Below are positions 53,779 through 64,000 of a stretch of DNA of 64,000 nt, piece after piece. A program made the translations under genes and the position numbers. Position 1 is the first letter of the stretch. Each line of letters opens with the position of its first letter. The notes under the pieces are model-generated. The model saw only the letters and a program-made list of their open reading frames with translations, was not told the DNA's origin and made no database searches. Where the stretch lies: NCBI GenBank assembly GCA_964016885.1, contig OZ024746.1, positions 88,536,001 through 88,600,000 of the forward strand. Reading direction: 5' to 3'. The stretch comes from Eledone cirrhosa (Eukaryota).

Positions 53779-56700
53779 AAAATGTACATATATATATATA
53801 TATTGATTTATATCTTATGTATGTGTGTATAAGTGAATTTTAATAGGTTTCATAAAATTCTGCAGACATAAATTCCACCCACTCTGACCACCTCCGAACT
53901 CATTTTGAATCCATACATATCTCAGACTAAATTTAGCAAATCACAAGTTTAAATTGATAACTTAGTTGTGTGTTTATTTAATCCTATGCGTGTTTAGTAA
54001 TAATTGAAAGTCTTCAAATTCCATCAAACTCAGGTCAACGTTCAGTAGTTGTCGTGTTTAATAGTTACATATTTCGTGCCTGATAATATTGCAAAATCAT
54101 AAAGTAAAAACAGAATATTAGTTTTCACTGTTTACATAAAATATTTACACAGAAAACCTTCTAAAATATATTGATGAATTATTCAATAGAATATGAATGA
54201 TGTTGGCGAACGTTTTCACTAAATTATGGATCAAGCAAATATATCCTCAATAATCTGCTTTCGTAAATGTAACATAATAAGTTTGCTATAAGGTGAAATA
54301 GTTTTGCTGTTTGAGCTTTCTCAAATATGAGCATGGATCATAATGCATCGATTATATGTTGGACTGTCGGTTTACAGTGAATAAATTCACAGTTTAATAA
54401 TTTGTATGTCAGAAAGGTCGTAAAAAACTTTTCGTCAATGGTGAATTTGGAATTAATAAATCATTATTGTTACAATAGTTGTAGTTGTTGAGGATTTCGA
54501 AGTTGTTGCGCTTGTTGTATTTGCTGTTATAATTGCAGAGTTATAAAATTAGAATGTATGAAATATTTGTGACGTGACGACTTTTCAATATTCCATGATA
54601 TATTTAACTGCAATACAGTCAATAAATTTGCTGCAATAAAAAATATAATGGTTCATCTTTGCAGTGAGTAAACGAGCTGTACTTTTTCTACAAGGCTTGT
54701 TTTACCAAAAATAAACTAACTTATTATTTATACTGTATCGTATATAGATGTAGAAATTATCAACTCTTTAATATTTCCTCGCTATTATGATTTAGATGTT
54801 GTATAAGTCGGGAAAATAACCATTGAAAGCCGGTAAGAAGTGAGAGTGTTATGTCTGTTTATGATTGTGTAATGCTGCTTACGAAGTACGGTCTTACAGA
54901 ACATATCAGGGGCATTTATTAAAAATGATTTACTATTTGAATCACGTCGGTTCAAATATTTTGCTATGAATTACGGCCAGCAATGCAAAATGTAATATGC
55001 CTTCTAGAGTCAACTTCAATATGTAATACATATAGTTTGGTATCTATTACGCAATAATAAATATGAAGATGTGTAGACATTGACAACAGCAATCCCCATG
55101 CCAATGTAATGATACATATCAAGATTATCATATTCCTAATCTTTCTTTCATATTGCAAATCCACACAACATTTGGATTGTGAAATCTATAAACAACATAA
55201 CTTTTATTCGTTCTTGATGTACACATTTTATATTAACATAATAGACAGTCAATAAAATTTCGCCCCCAAGACTCCCGTTATGTACAGTGCATCTAAAACA
55301 ACTATACTCTAATGTCTTCCCCGGACTACATGACTATCATGAAATAAATTCTTTTGAGAAAATATCCTGGATTTAAAATCCAGCAATGAAAATTCATTAC
55401 TTAAAAAAGCGTTACGTGATTTAGCGATATGTTGTTGCCATTGCATTTTCTTAATTTAATTCTCATCGGCCCCAGCCTTATTGCCTTTCTATAAAGAACA
55501 CTTTAGTCATTTACGAAGTGAATAGTTATATGGAATGACAGTCTGGAAAGACTTTCATCATGGCTCTGCTGATCAGAACTGACATGAGAATGAATAACTA
55601 AACATACTAAGAACTAATACATTGTTAATACTTGTAAGACCATATACTCCGTACTAATTACAGATGTATAATTTCTACTGATATCCGTTTGTTTTCAAGA
55701 AGGGCTGCCCAAATATATTTAAACACAGATCATTGATTGAAATATTTTAATGTTGTATTATCATTCATGTCACATATTAGAGCTCATGGAACTGGTCCAT
55801 GAGAAAAAGTATTAGAGCTGTGAATAATACAATGCACCAAGAATGGAACAATCTGTTGTTCCGTCGGAAATCATTCACACACCGGTTGGTTTATGAAAAC
55901 CTTCAAAACGTATAAAGCAGTCATTAACACGGGCCATTCTAAATTATGCTTAAACATAAAATATTATGTTGCAGTTACCTTTTGCATTGACCTTTTAGAT
56001 GTAAAATTAAACACCTATGAAACTGTTTGAATGGCATAATTCATTATAGAATCATATCGGTGCATATTAAATGTTGTAACTTGACTGTTATATCAAAACA
56101 CTTATTTTAATAAATTTTACATTTGGCAGTTTGTAACTAGTTTAACAAGTTATTCATAATTCAGATGATTCTTAGTTTCCTCAAACCAATTATTAAATAT
56201 TATATCTTCAAATATCCGATTTTGAAATTACTCATCTAATCATATGATCGTTTTGTTTACTTTGGTGTGCATGACCGTGAGCTTAAATGTGCATAAAGGG
56301 GTGATATTGGGGATATCGGAAACGAGAGAGTGGAATCTAAGCGTGGATATTTACAATGTTGACAGAAAGAATTTAGTTGAATATTAATGGTTGCAATATT
56401 AATGGTGAACTAGTACCTATTATAATGATACGAAGCCATACTTTGATGTTTATAAAGTCGGAGAAGGAGAAAGCAATAATAAACGAAAGATGTTGATGTT
56501 TGATATCCTTTTTGACCCCCGGTGTGCGCGAGTGAAAACCGTTAGAACCTCAGCGAAAAATAGTTTATAGTATGTTCAAATGACAACGGTGTTGGGTATT
56601 CCTTTTGTAGTCGATATAACAAATCACAATTAAGTACTAGGTCAATTTAATCAAATGTGACCTCCGCCCAAGGTTATGCTCTCATGCCAGTGTTAGAAAT

Positions 56701-56964
56701 CAAATGGAACAAATGTTGACAACAGGTTAAGATGTCTTAGAAGCAGCTTAATTTGTTTAATCAATAGTTTCAATCACACACTAAAAATATACGTAGGCAC
56801 ACATAAAATTGTTCGTTTATATAATATGGCATACTAGATAATAAGGGTATTTTATAAAATATAATATGTCTAAAAACGACCTGATATATACTTGTAACTT
56901 TATTGCTAAAATGTGTAACGAAAATCAAACATCTATAAGAATACGCCGTTCATATGTAGACAGT

Positions 56965-57200
56965 AAGCACCAACACCAACACCAACAAACAGCAGCAGTA
57001 AGAACTTGAGTAACGTCAACGAAAGAATAGAATCACCAAGCAAGTCTGTAAAATTGGCACAAACTAAAACAATAACAACAACAACAACAACACGAACAGC
57101 AACAGATGGAAACGCAGCAGCAACAGCATAAACACAGAAAAACACATCCATAACAACAACAGCTGCAAGAGCAGCAGCAGCAGCATCAACAATGGCAATA
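56965..57200. repeat. Degenerate (CAA/CAG)n low-complexity tract; a similar tract lies at ~58570-58980
   Basis: Direct reading. Confidence 0.8.
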
Positions 57201-59680
57201 TCAACAAGAAAAGTATATCCGCAGCAACATCTGCGAATATTGTGTTTCATGTGGACATAATGAGGAGCAATACGGTTTGGCTCATGTAGAAAAACAAGTG
57301 ACTATGGAAAAATGTGGGCTAACATAACCCTTCTGATTGAGATGCTAGGAGCAACGGAGAGAAATCATCGTTCGTACAGACGATATGTATATCAAGTCAA
57401 CAAAGTAGGAACACAGATACCTCAGTACCCCGCACGTTAGTCCCTCCGAATAGCTTAATTTCGGACCTGAATGATTTTCAAAAGAGAGGCCTTGCAAAGA
57501 AGTAACATGTGGCCTCCATATTAGTCGAACGAAATTGTAATATTTCCGTTTTACGTCGGAAGATAAAATGTAAAGTTATTTAGTGTAGGGGTCGTTCCAG
57601 AATTCGACATCTGGTGGATCCTTAACTGCGTCGTTATGGAGGGCAGTGAAATGCTCCTCGTAGTGAAGAAGTGACGACGAAAAATCTTGGGTGTGAGCAG
57701 TTTGCAATAATTCCTCAAATAAACCAGAGAATATTAATAACATCCCAGGCATGATTCTCCTTCCTTACGTCGCGCGTAGCTACGCTTGACCATTGCGGCT
57801 AAAACGCCTATGTGACACTAATGTAAGAAAAACGCCCACCTAGACGCTGTTTGCTTTATAAAGACGACTGAGTACCACAGGGTCACATTGCTACCAACAC
57901 TTGGCCCTAGAAAACAACAATCATAAAAAGAACACCGACAACAACCCCTGGCATGTAATGACAATATTTGCCGAATGCATCAATGCGGAACTGGACCAAT
58001 CGCTTAGGTAATTGCGGATCGTATATAGATAGCCTTCTTACATTCGTTTAGGAGATAGGGGGAGCATAGTGTGTCAATCATGCAAATCATCGCCTGTTTA
58101 ATCTACAACTTCCCGATCTGCATGGTCGACATAAATATAACTCGTAGAGCTGATTAGTCAACGATTAACCCATCGTTCTGGTACATAAAGACTAAAGCAA
58201 CCCAATTAGAGATTTAGCTAAGTGAACCTTTACAAGAGCAGATGTCAACAACAGGAAGTGGGATGATTTGAAGAGGGCGGATAGAGTACAACAGATAGGA
58301 TTTAATAGAGATGTGCAATATGACAAACTGAAAGGAAGTGTAGTTAGTAGTTACATTAGAAGAGGTGATTGCAACTGACCTATTACATCACAGATTGGCA
58401 CTAGACAATTTCCTTAATGTGATAAAAGAGGCTTGCATTGTCAGCACTAAGGCGCATGCGTTACGAAAGTAGGGAATGAAAGCTTTTTTAATGTGCCGTA
58501 TTTGCAGAGGCACAGCGTGGTAACAAACAACTACATGAATATAATTGCCATGCAGACCCCTTAATTGAGAAACCATTACAACCACCAATGTCACCGCTGC
58601 CACCCCGACCTCATCACTATAACACGGTCACCCTCAGATGAATAGTGTTGCTACCATCACCATATATTCATTAAAGACCCTGAACCTCCAACATCAACAC
58701 AACCACAACCACAACCAACAGATACTACAACATATCTGCCAACAAAATTATCATTCTGTTAACACGATCTCAACAACGACCACTAGCAACAACAATAATA
58801 TTGCCTCCAAAATGATCTTCCACGAAATCAAACTCAACCGCCACCTACAACAACAATTCCAATACCAGGAATAATATCCTTCCTTTAAGACGTCCACAAC
58901 CACTGACGCCAGCAACGAAAGCAGCAGCATCCTTATCACCGTTATGAACCACTATTAAGACAGACCAAACAACAATAAAATATATTTAAATATATACATT
59001 CATATACATAAATACATACATATACGCACATATGCTAGTTGCAAAACGTCTCATCTGTCCCTGTTTTCCTAGCAACATTCGAATGGTGTATTTCATATAC
59101 AAGTATATATTTCTTTTTTATTACCTGTCTACTCTCGTCAATTCAGTTTTGAATAATATGACATTAACTTAGTGGGAAAACAAACATATGGGTGTGTATT
59201 GCTTTCTTTGTGCCGATTAGTTGATTTAATTATGTGGCTATAATTTTTCCTGATGTCTTCTGTTATTTATGATCTGCAATGTTCTGTAGTTTTATAATTC
59301 CTACACACGTTTAAGTTTAAACCACTTATAATATGTTTTCTGATACAACATCACAAAGTAATTCACAATTAGATATTCTTTTTTGAAAGTTGTCTTCAGA
59401 GTCTTTGCAACACGAGTTTCACATCAATACGTCTAAAATAGTTTTAGTGAATAGTTGTAGATTCTCTTCGTACAAGGATGTATATTCAGTTTCCCATACC
59501 GTTTCTATCTCACATCTGGTTTTATGTATCATGTAGATTAAATATGCCAACTCCAAGTATATAATATGTGGAAAGTTATTTTGAAAGATAAATTTCCCAA
59601 CCTAGCAAGCACAGTTATAAACTCAAATAGTCTTTTACAATTACTTAGCTCAAAGAAAGGAATATTTCTGAGCCGTGTAA

Positions 59681-60362
59681 TACAAATGAATATATGATAG
59701 GGATAAACACTTATACAAGTATACATGTGTTCGCATTGCAAATGACCAAGTTAGCTAGATTGAAAAATACTAATTAAAATAATATGGTTTGCCTGTCTCA
59801 AATTTAAAATCAATAAAAACAAACTTATATTGGCAATAGCCGTGATAACTGGACAAATTTTAAATTTTAAATCTCAAATTTGTTTCGCAACAATTAAGTG
59901 AACGATCCTATTCCTGTGCTCTTCTGCAGGTATCCAGAAATTGGTAAGTTTCACTTCAATATACTTAAGAAGACTGAGAGAAATGTGTTGTTGAACGCAC
60001 ATGTGTCACAGCGCCTAGCACGTCCTATACTCGTGCCGCTAATTATAGCAGCCGGTTTTATGGGACTAAGAATTAGCTCAAAACATGGAGCCTAGAATAC
60101 TATATATAGAGTTATAAACGCAAATAATATTTTACAATCAGTCACTTAATTGTTGCGAAACAAATTTGAAATTCAAAATTTAAAATTTGTCCAGGTATCA
60201 CGGCTATTGCCAATATAGGTTTGTTTTTATTGATTTATTATTTTTAATCGAGACAGGCAAACCGTATTATTTAAATTCGTATTTTTCAATCTCGCTAACT
60301 TGGGCATTTGCAATGCGAACACATGTATGCTTGTATCAGTGTTTATCCCTATCATATTGATT

Positions 60363-60366
<4 letters not shown>
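59681..60366. mobile_element. Foldback/MITE-like element with ~220-bp inverted arms and TA at both ends
   Basis: 59681-59901 is the reverse complement of 60142-60366, with a ~240-bp spacer. The right TA runs into (TA)n. Confidence 0.85.
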
Positions 60367-60461
<95 letters not shown>

Positions 60462-60522
60462 ACAGATTAAAGTTTAAGCAAAGAATCTTCTGAAACTAAC
60501 AAAGTCAATCTCATTTTATTAT

Positions 60523-60596
<74 letters not shown>

Positions 60597-60850
60597 AAGT
60601 GATTAAGTCACACATTTAAAATTTGGCTTCTGTTTATTAAAGATGTACTGCTATATATATTTCGGTGACAGTCATCATTGGTTTTGTCGTCTCCAGGCAG
60701 TCCGAATTGGTGTGGTAGAGACAGGTACACATGTTGTTAAAGTGTTTTACTCCGTCAATACTCTGATTTGTCCAGCTACTGGGTGGGTTGTTATTTCTCT
60801 AAGGAACTGGAATCATACTGAGGTGTCGGTAAACAACCAACATATACTCA

Positions 60851-60933
<83 letters not shown>

Positions 60934-61156
60934 AATATATACTCATATGTGTATATATATATAGTAATAATAATAAATTCAAAGACTAAAATCCAAAGAG
61001 GGCTCAATAAGGATAAATATTTATTAAAATAACAGATTACTGTTTAAGCAAACAATCACTGCTTTCACCCTTAACGGAATCTTGCGTGTATGTATATGTT
61101 TAATTATTGTTGATTTTAATAACCTCTGTCATTTTCGTTCTACTAATTTATTTACA

Positions 61157-61389
61157 TTATTCTTAACTTTGCCAGTTTAAACTGGTACTTTATTCTTAAC
61201 TTTGCCAGTATAAACTGGTACTTTAAAGTACCAGTAATGCACTGGTTAATTGCTGGCCTTGTGCCTAAAGTAGAAACAATTATTCTTAACTTTGCCGTTT
61301 ATCCTTACGGGGTCGATAAAATAAAGTACCAGTAATGTACTGGTAATAGCTGGCCTTGTGCCTAAAGTAGAAACAATTATTCTTAACTC
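61157..61389 (+). mobile_element. Stacked truncated SINE insertions at one target
   Basis: ttattcttaact occurs four times, interleaved with SINE core and tail pieces. Confidence 0.82.
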
Positions 61390-61439
61390 TGAAGCCGAGA
61401 ATCATTCAGTTTTCTAAAAGGAATATTATATATATATTC

Positions 61440-62700
61440 ATTTTGACCATAACCGTGGTTCTGTCTTTGCGTGTAATTGTTCTCATCGTTCCACATAACG
61501 ACGTATTATGTTGGCTTTTTTCCGTTAATTGCCAGGGAACGTCTTCACGCACCAAAGTATCGTCTTCCTGTTTTCCTGCGTTCACAGATTGATTGATTTT
61601 TTTAGTTTCAGAAGATCCCGTTAAGGGTGAAAGCAGCGATTATTTGCTTAAACTTTAATCTGTTATTTAAAAAAAATATTTGCTCTAGGGTTCTTATATA
61701 TTTGATATATATTTATCCTTATTGGTCCCTCTTTGGATTTTAGTCTTCAAATTTATTATTGTTGACATTTGGCTCCCTTGGTTCAGTACTCTATTGACAT
61801 ATATTCATCTTACAGAAACGACCCCTGAAGATTTCTACAAAGAACATACCTGTACCTAGCAGGAAGATATATCTAAAACTTCTGATACAGAAAACCGATT
61901 CGTTCCTTAAAAGGTTGCGTTGGATGTGCCTTTTATTTCGATAACCAGGAAAAAGCGGACAATAAACAGGATAAATTTGCGTTTACAACTTATAATAACC
62001 CTCCGCGTAACCCAGCATTCTACGGTTCGAAAACGATGTATTGTAACTCATACGGATTATCAAATTTCGGAATAGGAACAATTCCTTCCAGCAGGACCTG
62101 AAGAAAAGAATTCGTTCTATTAAGGATGCTAATGCCGTGCACGTCCACTCCGACAAAGCTGGCAATCTATATCAAGTGGAGCTCAGTATTTACTATCAAC
62201 TGCTACATAATGCTGTAACTAAGGATTACGGAAAACCAATCGGACTGTCAATAACGACATCAACGATGCTGGATTTAAAATGACTTCTGAACTCAACATC
62301 CAGGACCGGACTGAAACTCTGAAACCCTCTTTCTCACCACTTTACCATAAAGGATCACAAACCCAATTTCGCCAACAACGCCTCTTTTCGGTTAATTAAA
62401 CCTACGAAGTCTGATTTAGGTAGATTTAGTAAAAGGATTTTAGATAAAATGATACCTGAAATTAGAAGCTTGGCCCCTCTTACACTGTGGAATAATTATT
62501 TCGCGGTGATTGATTGGTTCAATGGCATATGCAAGAAGGAACATTGCGGTTTTATCCAATTCCACGTCAATAATTACTACTCATCCATCACTTTACCACT
62601 TCTTCTTAGAGATATCAATTTCGTTAAAACGCTGACAGTATTTAAGGATTTCGAAGTTGATGTCATGCTTAATGCCCCTAAGTAGGTGATTAATGTCGAC
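61440..62700 (+). mobile_element. 5' portion of a Hydra-type PLE: terminal repeat with HHR, N-terminus and RT up to the first conserved motif
   Basis: STKNIPVPSRKIYLKLLIQKTDSFLKRLRW (~61834)..HSDKAGNLYQV..TIKDHKPNFANNASFRLIKPTKSDLGRFSKRILDK..VIDWF..FIQFHVNNYYSSI. An inverted partial copy of the repeat lies upstream at 60960-61085. Confidence 0.87.
61604..61654 (+). ncRNA. Hammerhead-like fold with CAGAAGA (U4A) core
   Basis: AGUUU-CAGAAGA-UCCC GUUAA GGGU-GAAA-GCAG CGAUUAU UUGC-UU-AAACU. All three stems pair. Confidence 0.6.
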
Positions 62701-62724
62701 GACTCTGTTTGCATAAAACAATAT

Positions 62725-62885
62725 AAATGTTTCTATTTTTGGCAGAAGGCCAGCAATTACCCAGTACATTACTGGTACTTTATTTTATCGACCCCGTTAG
62801 GATGAAAGGCAAAGTTAACCTCGGCGGGATTTGAACTCAGAATGGCAAGGGCCGTAACTCCATGCGTCAAAACTTGGTGTCTGAG
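62725..62885 (-). mobile_element. tRNA-derived SINE at the point where the PLE sequence ends
   Basis: Reverse-complement family match. Confidence 0.88.
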
Positions 62886-63117
62886 ATTTTCGAATATTAT
62901 AATGATATTCGAATCGTTAGAAATTATACAAACAAGCCACATTTTTAAAGCAATGTCAGTAGAATGAGCCCCTCATTCTTGCTCATGTGTTGGCATGTAA
63001 ACAGAACTGCAGACACTAATGTTTCTGGTATCACCTTTAATTCAGTACATCTGACTGTTCACCTGCCAGCTGCCAGAGCTAGTGAACATATATGGTATTT
63101 TCTACAATATACAGTGA

Positions 63118-63213
63118 CTGATCGGCCTGATTTGCATATTATCAGACTGGCTGATCAGTCAGATCTACATATTAGCAGATCCACTGATCAGCAAGATTTG
63201 CATATCACCAGAC
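63118..63213 (+). repeat. 33-bp minisatellite, 3 diverged units
   Basis: ctgatc..gat(t/c)t(g/a)catat..caga starts at 63118, 63151 and 63184. Confidence 0.8.
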
Positions 63214-64000
63214 ATATTAACTATATATATATATATATATATATAAACTATATAAACTATAATAAAGTAAGAAGAGCGGGATTGCGTACGGTTTATAATT
63301 GTCTATCCTCTTAGTAAAATAAGTTGGATTACTTTGAATAAATAATGAATGAATATTACATAATTTATCTACAACATTTCGTGGATGTTCATTAAATATA
63401 TTTTATTATTTATTTAAATGTTCAATTCTTTAAAATGTTCAAAAGTGAACACTTCCGGTGGCGATCGCTTAAATAAATGCGCATATATTTCCGTCACTAA
63501 TTTTCTCCTAATGCAGTTTATATATAATATCGTCTTTTTTTAATGTATCATGGATTACATCACTGATTAAATAAGACAGAGTAACACAGTCTTCGTTCAA
63601 TTTCTCTGTATATTGTCAATTACGATTTTATTTGATGTATCATTAATATAACTGAAAGTGTTTCTGAATGTATTAAATTATGTAGGGGACTTTCAAGTCA
63701 TGTCACCGGTATCAACTTAAACCAAATCAAATTTTATCTTTTATGGTGATTATTTCATACTAAGGTAAACGTTATTATTTGTAAATAATATAGGGTGACT
63801 TATTTGCCTTATAGTTGTTGTTTTATCATCTGTATTACTAAATATTTCACCACAAACTACGCCAACATCCTAAAGTGGTAACGCAATATTTTACAGGACA
63901 GAAAATGTTATTTTTAAATCAGAAATCAGTGAACAATTAGCTTTTCCTAACTTTTCTTGATTTTATATCGGGAGTTCAAAACTAAAGTATGTATTATTTC

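Noticed and set aside
54000-56300. Possible decayed DNA-transposase sequence (also ~33900-35400)
   Set aside because: Composition hints at old coding DNA but I could not read a diagnostic motif; needs BLASTX or an HMM search.
57240-58200. Further LINE remnants (GHIMR-like, HF..L.N-like and LHGR-like peptides)
   Set aside because: Too short and frameshifted to assign family or boundaries.
56933-58939. Poly-Q/N/T/V-rich ORFs as a transcription-factor exon
   Set aside because: Degenerate (CAA/CAG)n tracts with stops in neighbouring frames, no domain and no clear splice structure.
63360-63400. Minus-strand GAAA-UGUUG-UA near (TA)n as a hammerhead
   Set aside because: The first core half reads UUAAUGA and stem II does not pair; too decayed to call.

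Overview
AT-rich eukaryotic non-coding DNA (intergenic or inside a large intron). The dominant tRNA-derived SINE and the (TA)n load suggest an octopod cephalopod; this is an inference, not a search result. I found no supportable host protein-coding gene, rRNA, true tRNA or CRISPR array. Most short ORFs in the track are microsatellite translations. The window is a transposon graveyard: at least seven fragments of Penelope-like elements (PLEs; RT and GIY-YIG endonuclease, mostly the CxCx5C Hydra-type form), a decayed Helitron RepHel element interrupted by a foldback/MITE, a complete non-autonomous Helitron, RTE-type and R4/Dong-type LINE fragments, about 20 SINE copies and many inverted repeats. 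The most interesting signal is invisible in the ORF track: roughly a dozen type I hammerhead-ribozyme (HHR) motifs in PLE terminal-repeat-like modules, usually 30-250 bp from (TA)n tracts. Three keep every catalytic core nucleotide plus a paired stem I (12558-12623 minus, 13215-13285 plus, 18522-18577 minus). One repeat family shares a CAGAAGA (U4A) core variant. Several motifs form divergent pairs separated by a palindrome. All folding, translation and alignment was done by eye, so boundaries are approximate.
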